Below, piece by piece: positions 1 to 12,390 of a DNA stretch of 64,000 bases. Position 1 is the stretch's first letter. Each line of letters opens with the position of its first letter. A program made the translations under genes and the position numbers. The stretch lies in the NCBI GenBank assembly GCA_964270895.1, contig OZ185440.1, one strand, 5' to 3'. The notes beneath the pieces were generated by a model that was not told the origin of the DNA, searched no databases, and worked only from the letters and a program-made list of their open reading frames with translations. The stretch is from Podarcis filfolensis. Lineage: Eukaryota.

Positions 1-961
1 TCACATGCTGACAGCTTCTAGGAGCCGCAGGTGAGAGCTGAGTGCAGGGTGTGGACCAAAGGTGGACAGATAACCCCAGAAGAAGCATGGCAGGTACTAC
101 CCCTCCCCTAACACCCCATACACATCAATATATGTACATCAGTCTATGCCAATCTGTCTCCTCTTTTGTCACCTTTCATCCTCTTTTTTGTGATGCATGG
201 GAAGCCACCTTACTATAAACACAAATCAGCCAGACAGAAACATAAGGAGCTGCAATGAAGGGAATTAAAAGATACCAATAAAACAGACAAGGTTTTTCTT
301 GTACACAGACAAGCCATTATGAGGGGGAGGGGGAAGGATGGAGTCTGTTCTGGTTCTAGAGAAATTACTTCTGGGCATTTGCTCTGCTGGGTCTCTAATC
401 TTTCTCTCACACAAACACTGTGTGAAACTTTTATGGAGGAAGCAGAAGACATTTATTAGTAGAGGCAACTGAACAGGGAATGGAACTGGCCTCGTCTTCA
501 TGATCGATGCCGGCAGAGATGTTCACGGGCATTAGCTTGAGCCACTCTTTAAGGCAAAATAACCTTCCACGTTCTCCTCTGACCTCAGCCTACTCCGGTG
601 GGAGTATGGATTGATTCCAATTCTCCTTCAGATTGCTCTTTCTGGCACAAAAGAAGTAAGCAGGCAATTTACCACCGTCCTTCGTTCACCAGTCAGATTC
701 TCAAGAGATATTCAGCTGAATGTCCATCCATCCCCTGCTTGCTCCCTTTGTGTCTCACACAATACACTAAAACGAAACCTGCAATTGTCTGCATGCTTAC
801 TGGGGAACTCAGCAGGATTTGTTTCTGAGTAAACATGTATAAGATTGGGCTATATGTGTTGTTCTTAAATTTAAAGCAGCAGTATACTTTAGTCAGAACA
901 CCTTTCATATTTGATGGGGGCATATCCAATTCTTGCACACAAGGAAGGGGGATGTTTTGCA

Positions 962-1326
962 GGTAAAGGACCCCTGGACGGTTAAGACCAGTCAAAGGTG
1001 ACTATGGGGTGTGGCGCTCATCTCGCTACAGGCTGAGGGAGCCGGCGTTTGTCCGCAGACAGCTTTCCGAGTCATGTGGCCAGAATGACTAAACCACTTC
1101 TGGCACAACGGGACACCGTGATGGAAACCAGAGTGCACAGAAACGCCATTTACCTTCCCACCACAGCAGTACCTATTTATCTACTTGCACTGGCATGCTT
1201 TCGAATTTCTAGGTTGGCAGAAGCTGGGACAGAGCAACAGGAGCTCACCACTGTTGCGCAGATTCGAACCATCAACCTTCTGATCAGCAAGCCCAAGAGG
1301 CTCAGCGGTTTAGACCACCCGCTTCC
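962..1326 (-). mobile_element. Sauria SINE (Squam1), near full length
   Basis: The reverse complement has a tRNA-like head (ggtctaaacc...ggttcgaatc), the body gcaagtagataaataggtac and a tail ending cctttacct, as in squamate Sauria SINEs (recalled consensus). Confidence 0.85.
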
Positions 1327-2677
1327 AGATTAATTCTGTCCAAGATAATTCTAAGCTGTGTGACCACATAATGTAAACAAGAGTTCTACATGGGCAGACT
1401 GAATTGAAATATGTTTGTTTGTTTTTTAAAGGGAATGGACAAAAATCGGGGGGAGGGGGGGAGAAAGCCACTAAAGAGAAGAGACAGGTACTTGAGAAAA
1501 GAGGCAGCTCTGTGTTTAAATGAATGTAGTGTGTGTGTTTATATAGGAGTCAGTAGATAACACAGTCAGTGGTGCTGTCAAAGCCAGACTTCAGGGCAGA
1601 TTTCCAGGGCACACAATGAGTGGGAGAGTCCCCAAACAGGGATAACTTAGGTCTTACAGCTTCTTGAAGGAAGCAATAACCTTTACTGATGAAACAGGAA
1701 ATGGGTCTCCATAAGATCATTGACTTTGTGCTGTTAGTCCAGTCTAACATTACCTAACTGTACCACTGATCTCAGTGACTAGTCGATAAAGAAACAGGTG
1801 GATAGGAAATGAGCTATGGAAGAAACTTCTCTATTTATCATTGCCTTCCTACATAGGAGGTGAACCCTGACGTCACAGGGGCATTCTCATGTAATACAAT
1901 CTCTCAAAGCAAAAGGATTGTGTACTTTTGAAGTGTCTGCCATTGATACAGGGTCATGCAAGTGCATTAATTACTCCTCTGAAATGGCCAGCCATTACAA
2001 AGCCGACAGTCCCATGCCCATTGATCAATTACGTTATTAAGAAACTGACAATGGTGAAAGGGTGGGGTCTGCCAGATGGAATGGAAGGTGAGAGGTCTCT
2101 TCTCAAGCCGCCTTCTTCCCACTCTGTGCTGCAGGTCAGTCCTCACAGGTCAAAGAAAGCTACCTGAAGTTTCTATCTGTGTGATTAGCTGTCTGGCAGG
2201 AGGCACCTGACAGAAACACATGGGTCTATCCATCTTCTCCTAGATCATCCTGAGAGCAGCATTCCAAGAGATGGTGTGAGGAGAGGGAGAGAGAGAGGGA
2301 GGGTGAATCCTTCTGGGAGGGTGAATGCTTCTGGGAACAGCATTAGATTTCACTGCTTTCTATACCATTTGCTGCAACAGAATTATTAGCACAGGAGAGT
2401 GAATGGAGAAGTTGCCAGAGCAAGGTTATATGACAACTCAGGACAGAAGGCACCTTCAGCTGTCCCTAGCTAAAGGATCCTTCAGGAAGAGGAGCCACAC
2501 AAATTGCATGTGCTGATTTACTATGTCCAGATGTCCCAGATGTAAAGGAAACCAACAGCACGTTCCTTGGAGAACCCCTATAGTAACTGTTCACAATGAA
2601 AACAGCAAAGAAGGAAGTTTTCCAATAATACACTTTTTGTGATCCAAGGCATGCCAAGTCACTTTCCATGCATGCAT

Positions 2678-2878
2678 CTATTTATTTATTTACATCCATA
2701 TCCCTGCATTCCACCACAGAACTCATAGTTTTTCACCACCACTTTTACCCTTTCAACAACCTTGCAAAATGGGTTGTGCTTTGAGGGACAACAACAGGCA
2801 GAAGACGAGATTCATGCTGGCTTGAACCAGGGTCTCCCCAGATCTAGTCCAGCCCTTTAACCCCTACATCACACTGTC
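2678..2878 (-). mobile_element. Squam3/MIR-like SINE, degenerate
   Basis: Reverse complement begins gtgatgtaggggttaaagggctggactagatctggggagaccctggttcaa and has a (AAAT)n tail. Confidence 0.6.
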
Positions 2879-3473
2879 CGTCTGCAGCACCTGTATCCTT
2901 CCTATAGTGTCTGGAGCGCTTTGATAACATGTAAAAGCAGAGCACAGGCACGTTATTACTGCACTGGAAACTGAATACAGAAAACTTTTCTCTTTCCCAT
3001 CTTGCAATGTCACGAAAATGTACACGGGCAGAACTCCTGCCAATCCAACATTTGGGAATTTTGGGCTCCTCCCATTTCGAGAAAGTTTGCTGATTTCCCC
3101 ACTATTGCCGCCACCCCTAAATAACTCCACAGATTTGGCCCAGTCAACAAGATGGCAGCTGCTTAATTTTCTGTTGTGATCTAGAAAACCAACGGGTGAG
3201 CTGAAGATCTGGAAAGATTGCAATAAAGGAAGTGAAACATAGAATAATAGAAGTTGAAAGAGACCCAAGGGTCTGATCCCCTGCAATGCATCCTGACGGA
3301 AGACTCAATGTGATCGGACAACGATCCCACTGACTGAAGACCCAACACAAAGACCAAATACAATAGCACTAGAAGGAGCAGGCAAAACAGACATTTGTAA
3401 AACAGACAAGAGTAAACCTGAACTGTAGCTGTGGCCTGAAAAAAGGCTTGTTGAAGCCAAACTTAGCTGGCTA

Positions 3474-3652
3474 CATCTGGCCCACCCATGAGACAAGCTG
3501 AAGCAGCTGCCTCAGGCAGCAGAACCCAAAGAAGCATCATCTTCAGGGGTTCTGCCACACAATCCAGGTAAGGGAGCTTTCAGGCTTTGGGGACAGGGGT
3601 GTAATACCTTCCCAGTTCTCCTCAGGCAGTGAAATGGGATGCACTGCCCCTG
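3474..3652. mobile_element. Degenerate hAT-like MITE, inverted homologue of 30233-30491
   Basis: Ends gcccacccatgaga...gcagctgcctcagg and cctcagg...aaatgggatgc...cccctg match the reverse complement of the 30.2 kb copy. Confidence 0.6.
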
Positions 3653-3969
3653 GCCCAGCCCTGCTAGGCTTCAACATCACTCACCTGTGCAGAGCTCCCC
3701 ATTCCACATGCCAAGAATTCTGGGGCAGGGAGAGGCTTAGTCAATCTGGGATCTACTAAGTTTGGACTGCAATGTAAGGCTGCAAATATATATACCCACT
3801 TACCTGGGAGTAAGCCCTAAGGAATTCAGTGGGACATCTTTCTGATTAGATAATCATAGAATTATACTGGAAGACTGCTATTCTATACATAATTTCCTGG
3901 AAGTAAACACCACTGGAAACAATGAGACTTGCTTCTGTGTAGACATGTATCTGTCCATGTATAGCTAAG

Positions 3970-3970
<1 letters not shown>

Positions 3971-4009
<39 letters not shown>

Positions 4010-4018
4010 CAGACAGAC
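3971..4018. repeat. (AGAT)n(AGAC)n microsatellite
   Basis: Direct reading. Confidence 0.95.
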
Positions 4019-4547
4019 ATGTACATACATGCACACCATAATACATACATGCACTTTTTCCTATAGACAGAAAAATGTAAGGCTGTAGTCATGTTGTAGT
4101 TCAGGTGGTCACCAGCAGGTGGCCACACCAACTCCAGTGTGACAACAAAATGACATGTGGGCAGAAAAGCCAGCAAGCAGTGCAGGTGACAGGCAGCCCA
4201 GGTAAGCTGTTTAACAGGGGGTGGAAAGGGAAGCACTTTGCCAAGTCACTCTGAAACGGCAGCCCCTCACTATTAGATGCTGCTGGAGTGCGTTTTCTCA
4301 GAAGGGGAGAGGTGCTTCAGAGAGCAGTTTGCCAGCCCACTTTCTGACATGCCTCCCACCCTCCTTTAAAAGGGGTTGGGGCAAGCTGTGAGGGAATAGG
4401 CAAGGAAATGGGTGTGGTGTAAAGGCAGGAGATTTGGTCAGGTGTAAAGGGATGAGGGATTAGGCAGGTGTGGTGAAAAGGGTTGGCAAGGGATTGGCGG
4501 GTAAGCATGGTTCACGAGCAGAGCAAGCAGGGGCAGCAGCCCCTACA

Positions 4548-4549
<2 letters not shown>

Positions 4550-4609
<60 letters not shown>
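4550..4609. repeat. (CT)n(GT)n compound microsatellite
   Basis: Direct reading. Confidence 0.95.
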
Positions 4610-4611
<2 letters not shown>

Positions 4612-4939
4612 CTATATAGTTATTTCTTCCAGCAGGACGATATAGCATCTTCCTCTGCAGAATGATAGGAAATAAACCCATTAATATTAGAGATATTATT
4701 ACAGCAATATGAATCACTCGAAAGCTGGCCATAAAAAACACTTGCAGTTCATCTGTCTACTGGGAGTTGACAAGTATTCTCTAAAGACCAGATCTCTAGG
4801 GCAACAAGAAACAACATTTCCTTGCTACCATGTGTACTACTAGCGGCACCGGCCTCACGCAATCCTCACTTGATCACATTTCAGAAAAAGTCTACATGAC
4901 TGCCCCCACTTTTTCAGCAGCTCATTTGTAAGATTTAAA

Positions 4940-4940
4940 C

Positions 4941-4992
<52 letters not shown>
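4940..4992. repeat. (CT)n microsatellite
   Basis: Direct reading. Confidence 0.95.
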
Positions 4993-4995
<3 letters not shown>

Positions 4996-6366
4996 CCTCA
5001 CTCCTCTTGATTCTACAGCCCCAAGCAACTGCCTGCTTATTGCCGCTTCACGGAAAGGTCTTCTGTCCTGCAGAAAATGTTTATGGGATGAGAAATCTCT
5101 TTAACAAACACTAATGCATTTTAATGCAAGTTAAAATAAGTGTAGCATTTAACATGCTTAAGTAGCTTTCAACACACTGATTGAAGATTTTATGATGTTT
5201 TTAACATGCTAACACATTTTTTTTATTATTGCATTTTTACTCTGCTTGTAAATTGCTTTGGGATTTTTTGTAGTGGGAAGTAATATATAAATTTGTCGGC
5301 CCTGTCCAAATGTCAGGACTGGTCCCAGCACAACACACACAGCAGAGCAAAAAGAAACCAAGAAAAGAACAAAGAGGGAAGAAGATCTGTGTGGCAACTT
5401 CCTCCATCACAGTAAACACAGAAGTGTAAAGAACTGCAGTTTGTGCCTCACAAAGCAATGCAAATCAAGAATTTAATCTGTTGCATTGCCTGATACCTCA
5501 CTACTGTAGGCTTCAAAATACATTGGTTTACCAGACAGTGCATTTATGCAACCTTATCTCTGACTTCTCCAAATGTTCCAGATGCACAGAAAACCCCATT
5601 TATTAAACTTTATTAAACATATTTAATGTTTATTGAATATCTTATTTAAGGACACTATAGGTGCAACCAGTTTGTCTCTTGGGTCTCAATAACCTTTTTT
5701 AACAAAGCTGGGGCCTAAAGCATCAAGTTGGTTGCACCAAAAAGTGCCTCTAAAGAAGATATTTGAAACTTTTGGGGTTCAATAAACATATTTCTCTTCC
5801 TCCACGCCATTTCTATATTTGATGCCTATTTTGCATTGTCCTCCCTTCAGATTTTAGCCGAATCATCCTGCACCCCTAACCTTTGAAAAGCATCAGCCAA
5901 AGGGCTGCCATTAAAGGCAAGGGGACCAGGCTCTTTTTTCCTCACTATGTAGTTTGAGAACTAATGTTTTAGTGTTCATCTAGGACATACTCCATACACA
6001 AGGCTCACTACATGCCATGGCAAATCACATTTGCACATCTGGCTGCCTATTAGAAAGAACTCTCTTCCCTGCAGCTGCATGGCAGCAGACTGGGCTGAGC
6101 AGACTGACTCAGCAGCAGTGAGGAAATGCTGCTCTCTGCACATGCTCCAACACACTTTCCAATCTCAGAAAGAACTAGCCTGTTATTTTGGGAAGCACAG
6201 ATTTCTGGGCATGAGTTCTGGGTTCCGCATTAAGCACTGAATGTGGTTATCCATTACATGTTAACTGGGTCCTCAATAAAGTTAGCAGGGGGACAATCTC
6301 CAGTGGGATTGCCCACCTTGAGACAGATAGCTATAGAGATAGAAATAGATAATAGATGATTTAGGT

Positions 6367-6542
6367 CAAGGGTGCCAACTAGAATAAAATATTGGGGAGG
6401 CCCAGGTAAGCCCTGTCCCACATAACGTGGTGCATGCACACCATTTGAATGGCAATGCCCATCAACTTTGGGGGAGGGGTGGCTCCCTCAAATATTTTAG
6501 GGGGAGCAAATACCTCTTGGCCCCTAATAGTTGGATCCTGTG
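6367..6542. mobile_element. hAT-like MITE just upstream of the promoter
   Basis: Ends caagggtgccaact / agttggatcctgtg; near-TSD atttaggt / atacaggt (6/8). Confidence 0.65.
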
Positions 6543-6619
6543 ATACAGGTATCCTTGTAAACAGGCCTACCAGCAGCATTTGCAGAATGCTAGTCAGAGA
6601 TGGGAAATCACCTTTCAGG

Positions 6620-7760
6620 AGGATGTGCGCCTCCGAGGCTGGCCCTTGCACGCCGCAAATTATATCCTGTGCCACACACGCAATTATGGAATTAAATATT
6701 TGCCGGAGGTGGGCGGGGTTGGAAGTCTGGATTTTTTTTTTTTTCGCCATCTCGAATTGCCTAAGAATGTAAACGGGCAGGGGAGGGGCCGAGCCGGAGA
6801 TTCCCCTCCTCTCCTGCCCCGCGCGACCATATGTCCCCGTCCCCCACCCCCCGCAGCCCTCACCACGGGGTGCGCCCAGGGCAAGCCGACCTCCCGCCCA
6901 CCCAAAGTGTTGCGAGGGACCGTCTGAGCTCGGAGCAGCCGCGCCAGCTGAGGAAGACCACGCATTATGGATGCTGCTTGCAAGTCACTCTCGCAGGCGC
7001 TGACTGGTCCTGGCAAATGAGGTAACGGCGGAGAGGGGGGAGGGAGGGGGTGCCCCCATCTCTCTCTCTCTTTCTCTCTCTCTCTAGGTCCCTGGAACGT
7101 TGCGGGGGGGGGCGGGCGGAGAGGGAGCGCGCAGGGAAAGGGAGGGGAAGGGAGGAGCACATCCTAATGCAGAGATGCTGCAGTGGCTCAGGGCGCGCAC
7201 ACATAACACAGGCAGGCAGGCAGGCAGGCAGCAGCACAAGGCGAAGGCTCACCTGCAGAAGGAGGGCAGGCGGCAGAGAGGAAGGTTGCTGCTTCTTCTG
7301 CTGCTGCTGCTGCATCGAGAGCTCCCGGGCTCTCCTCGCCCAGGCACGCCACACGCGCATACACATGCCGATCCAGTCACTCTCTCTGCCCAAGGTAGGA
7401 GGAGGGGGCGCGGGGTGTCCTTTTAGGCTCCCCTGACTCTGTTCCCAAGATTTGGGCTGCTCCGGAAGGTGCAAGCTAACTTTCAGTCTAGGGGGAGGGG
7501 AGCGAGAGAGAGATGGAGATCATGACATCAGTCGTTCAGCCACGCCGCCGCACCCGAGCAGGGCTGTCTAGTGATGGCAACGGGTTTGGCGTGGGCGCAT
7601 GGCACGGGCATGGCACGGATGCCAGGGAAGGGGCTGCCGGTGCCGAGGGAGAGGTGCCCAAGAGCGTCGCCAATCAGCGACAAGGGAAGGGTTGGCGGCG
7701 GGATGGGGTGCGGTCCCTGTTGAAAACGTGTTTATCTGCGATGCTTTGCAAGGGGTGTCG
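6620..7760 (+). promoter_or_regulatory. CNTN2: CpG-rich, TATA-less promoter region of CNTN2
   Basis: Sharp rise in GC and CpG relative to the CpG-depleted flanks. GGGCGG GC-boxes near 6709 and 7111, G-runs, and a consensus-like donor at 7394/7395. Confidence 0.75.
7190..7394 (+). other. CNTN2: Probable non-coding exon 1 (5' UTR); TSS not determined
   Basis: Ends at CCCAAG|GTAGGA inside the CpG island. CNTN2 orthologues have a non-coding first exon. Contains (CAGG)n and (CTG)n tracts. Confidence 0.65.
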
Positions 7761-10700
7761 GAAGAAGTGGTGGCAGGAGGGCCCAGGTTTTTTGACTGGC
7801 TTTTCTGAACCGGTGTGACCAAAGAAAGCGGTGTCGAAACGACCACCCACACCTGAACTGGAAGAGATCAGGGGAGGGAGCGAACCAATAGGATGGGATC
7901 AGTTTGAGTTTTCCTACAGCAAGAAGAGTCTGTCTCCTCATTAGGGCTCCAGAGAGAAGGGAGCTGGCTTCTACTCTGTGTGGGTGTTGTATTTTTCTCT
8001 CTCCAAGCCTATTAAGCCACTTTGGACACCCTGCTCCCTTCGTAGAGCAGTATGTACAGTAACTGTAGAAGAGGCTGTTGGGGTGGGGGGGTACTTGATG
8101 GGATGGCCTTCAGGTATCAGAACTGATAAGTGCCCAGACAGTCCCAATCTTTACTGATTTTGTATTTCATTCGGATCTGGAGCAAACCCAGACAACTTTT
8201 GTGACCCACCAGGCTGAATGGAGCTCCTTAGTTTTGTAAGGTAGCCCATCAAGCACTAGATCACTCACTTGGTTTTTCTTCCTGCCTGGAAGTTTACTAA
8301 GAGCCTTGTAAGGGAGGGGGGGAGGAAAGTTGTCAGGAACCTGGGAGGCTGCACTACTTGCCTTCATTTGACAAGATGGGTGACAAGTTGTGCAGGCCTG
8401 ACCTATGCAAGTTTCAACTTCTTCGGCGTCAAGGCTGAATGAATGAGTTGCTAAAACGACAGTTTTAAATATGAGAGCTGTTTGCCCTTTCTCTCCAGAG
8501 CATCTCTGCTTGTGATTGCACCAGATCCATCCGGCATCATGTCCAACCATCTGCTAATGCTCCGACCCAGGCAATAAGATGCCATTCTAGCCTTTGCATT
8601 TCACAGCTTGTCTGTAAAGAGTGGGGCTGGGGCCAAACGCCTCTTCTCTACACCTGTTTGTGTGTGCTGTGCATTGACAGCCTGCCAACTGAGGCTAGTG
8701 CAACATGCTTTTGAGAAAGTGGGCTCTGCTGCTGTTTTCTGAAAAGCCTTCCTCCTCAGTAGGTGCCACTGGGTTGTTGTTTTTTGAAGCTGAGTGGGCG
8801 AGAGGCAGCTTGGAGGCTTGCAGCTTCAGCCATCACTTTCTGGATCAAATAACTGAAATGCTTGCATATTCTAGCATAGACCACACACTCCAGAGCTCCA
8901 TGATCAGGCATTTGTTTGTGATGCACAATTTAAATAAAAACTTGTAAGGTCAGCATTTGGTTTATGCTTTTCAATTCAATAATAATCAGTAAACATATCA
9001 TTGCCAAAGGAGCCATTTATTTGTCTAATTCCTCCTGGTAGGTGCTAAGGCTTTGATCCCAGAACCTGTGGCACCATGAAGGCAGCAACCTAACCCTCTA
9101 GTCCAGTAGAACGTGGTCTCACTTACACAGTCCACAAGACTGCAAAGCGTCGGGGCTTTATAACACCAGCCTCCTTCCTCTTTCCAAGCCAGGTCCTGCC
9201 TGCTTAGCTGCTAGCAGTTGGATCACTGTCCTTTACCCAGACCACATTTCACATAAACCCTTGTGGATTTAAACTGAACATATTTCTGCTCCCCATGCAG
9301 TCACTGGCCCATCTGGCTACAAGCAAAGCCACCTGGTCCATTTCTCTTTACTTATACACACACAGCTGTTAAGAAGGCTGCTCTAAATAAGTGGGGAAGG
9401 GGGCAGAGGATGAGAAAGCATGCTGAGACCAGCCTGAAGTATGAATTAACTTGAAAACAACACAGATGCTTGTGAAAATACATTGCATGGCTGACTGTGA
9501 AGGCGGCACTGATCGTATGGGAGCCCTGAACAGATAGCTACTATTGCTGTGATTGATTTGGCCAGTGATAGTTCAGCAGATTTGCAAGCAATCCAAAGTG
9601 TAAAGGAAGGTGACAGACTGGATGTCTGAATCTAGAAAGTCCAGCATCCTTTTGTTCATTCCATCTTGTCTCTTTCTGATCTAGCGACAGGCATGCAAGT
9701 GGCACATGGTCTATTTAGAACTGCCAACTTACTCCTGTATGTTTAGCAGGCAGATAAGAGGCAGTTCAGGAAGTGGATGTTTTCCTAGTGTGGTGATACA
9801 GTGTCAGGCAGGAGAAGCATCGCCTGCTGGTTGTCATTCTGTCACACAGCTGTTAAAAGCATAGGAGCCATGTCCCAAAATAAGCACTGGCAACACTAAG
9901 CTTCTTCTCCCATCTGCAGGATCAGAAGCACGTTTTCCCCATGAGTTTTTGACTGTGGGTCATCTGTTGTAAATGACTGGGGTTGGGAGGCAGGTATTTA
10001 CATATGTATTACCCCGACTCCAACCCACTTCCCAAGTGTTATTTATTCTTCAGAAGAAATCCTGAAATATGCAACCCCTAAATATTGCCATGGTATGCTT
10101 CCTTTATTTTTATTTTTAAGGAAATAATCTCTGATGTAAAAACTAGATGAGAAGGGGAATTGAGTAGTGTGGCAAATTATTGCTTGAACTTCTCTTTTGC
10201 CTCTTGGGAGCATTATTAGGAGTCTAAACAAGAGGAGGTGAAAGTTAAACAAAAAGTAAGTGAGAAGCAACCTGTGACTTCCTGTGTCTTTCCTCTCTTT
10301 AGCTAAATCTGCTTAGCTGGTGGAGGTAAGTGAAGTGGGTGTAAGTTAGGGTGCCCATTTGTGCATCACCAAAGAAGAGAGAGCAAATCTGCATAAACTT
10401 TGCATGTGCTCATTTAATATACATAGATGCAAATTCAAAAATGATTTAAACAGAAACCAGTGTAGAGGGGAAGAATGTGACCAATTGATTTGAGTGCCTG
10501 GTCATCCTGCTCTGTTGTTTATGTGTTCACTGTTGATGGGAACTTTAAGGACCTTCTTCTCTATAAAATGGACTTGGACTGGACAGCCCTTCAAGTAGAG
10601 CAGGGGTGGAGACCCTGTGGTTACAACTTCTATCCTCCCTGACCACGGACAATGCTGGCTGGGGCTGAAGGGAGCTAGAGTTCAATGAGGGCTATGGGTT

Positions 10701-12330
10701 CCTCACCTCTAAAATACAGGGCATCTTTAAATAGTGGTCTGTCCTCTCTCAAATAAGACATATGACCACTGTGAGCAGCACTGCAGGAATGAGTCCTGAC
10801 ATAATTGAGTTTAGGATCGGGCTTAGAGGAAGATACTAGACAGGATCCTGGGGCAAAAATAACAGAAGCGCAGCAGGAAGTTGCTTGCAGAATATTGAGG
10901 GAGCCTAAACAACAATAGCATATAAGTGATGGCATTGGTAAAGAATGACCAAAAAAAGGCACTATGGATTTGTACATGCTCACTGTTAGAAAGCTGCTAG
11001 CATATGGATAGAACTAGCAATTGTCAGATACAGACTGCAAAACCTTTGTTCCTCATACTGTGATAAGAGTGCTTGTTTCACCTACCTTTCTTGGGATCTC
11101 TAGTAGCTGTTCTCCACTTGGAATGAAATGACCCTGCATGCTTTGTGGTTGCTGAGGAATGGCAGCTTTCTTCTCTTATTCAATAGGGGTTGGTGAGGTT
11201 TGTTCCACTGGTTTCATTAGCTAGGTATGAGTAGCCTTGGGTTTGTTCCGTAGAGGCAGGTGTGAAAGGTTGTTCAGATTGATGAGATATTATGTGGAGG
11301 GAGTACCTTCACTTATGTGGACTACAACTGAGAAAGGGAAGGAGGAAAGGGGGGTGTGCGCTTTATTTTTTTTAAAAAAAACCACGCCTGGTAGGATGAT
11401 GCATAAATATGAATATATACACAAAAGGAAAAACGTTTATTTTTAATTTTTTTAAAATGCATAATTGGCTACAACCCTACGTTCAGGCCTCAGAAAGTCT
11501 GCAGAAAGCAGAGACTAGGAGTGGAAGAAAAGCAGATTTTAAAAGTCCTCTCATATTATTGAAGCTCTTGGGAGCCCACTAGATAGGGGCAAGCTGCTGA
11601 ACCCATAGCGTTACCAAATGGTTAGAGAGCTTGATATCTTATTACAGCCCACAACTCCTCCATTGGTAATGGGTTCCCTTGAGGTGGTGCCCTTAAGAAT
11701 GAGTGCTGAGAGAAAAATCATTGCCCTGGTCAACATTGAGCCAGCCATGTGCCATTTCACTTGCTTTCTGAGCTTCACTCTGTGTCCCATAGCAGAGACC
11801 TTTCCCTTATGCAGTTCTTGTTGCATGAAGGTAGATTAATGAAGGAAAGCCTCAGAGTGATGCAAGGGCCTCACGTATGTTTCAGGAACAAATGCTTCAG
11901 AACTAGGATATCTAAAAGGAGCTTCTTTGAGGCTTTTTGTTCCAGCATGGGAGCAGACAGGGGGCATTCAGCTAGCTCTCTAGCGGATACCGCTGTTGCT
12001 TGCTGCCTCATCCTAAGGTGTTTCCCTCGTTGACACTGATAAGGGAGACTTCTTTCCCAACAGTTCATACAGAGACGGTTGCTAGCTTCTCTAGGCATTG
12101 CAGGTTAAATGAAGAGGTGGCGGGGGGGGCGGGGAGGCTTTCTACATCAGCTCCCAGCCAGCCAAGCCAAAGAGGCCAAAGACTGGTGACTGTCCTGGGA
12201 GTTTAAGGCTGTCTAGTGGGGTGTTAAGAGAGCAAGTCCACATTCCCATAAATTCCATTTAAGCCTATCAAGGCCCTGTCCTCAGCAGTGTCCTTGCCAA
12301 TTATGATAATCATGTTGAATCTTCACTATG

Positions 12331-12390
12331 AGAATCATAGAAACATAGAATTGTAGAGTTGGAAGGGACCCCAAGGGTCATCTAGTCCAA
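12331..12390 (-). mobile_element. CR1-type 3' tail fragment (CR1 LINE or partner SINE)
   Basis: agaatcatagaaacatagaattgtagagttggaagggaccccaagggtcatctagtccaa; a similar remnant lies at about 3237-3295. Confidence 0.65.

Noticed and set aside
2864-3286. 140-aa minus-strand ORF with a hydrophobic N-terminus
   Set aside because: It starts inside a CR1-type tail remnant and ends in a SINE; no recognisable domain or supporting splice structure.
1-6300. Terminal exons of an upstream gene such as NFASC (a GTGAG donor near position 31)
   Set aside because: No frame resembles the neurofascin/L1-family cytoplasmic tail (FIGQY) or any other protein I recognise.
10636-10656. RE1/NRSE-like ACCACGGACA
   Set aside because: The left half-site (TCAGCACC) is missing, and the match lies inside a decayed family-A MITE (about 10601-10711).
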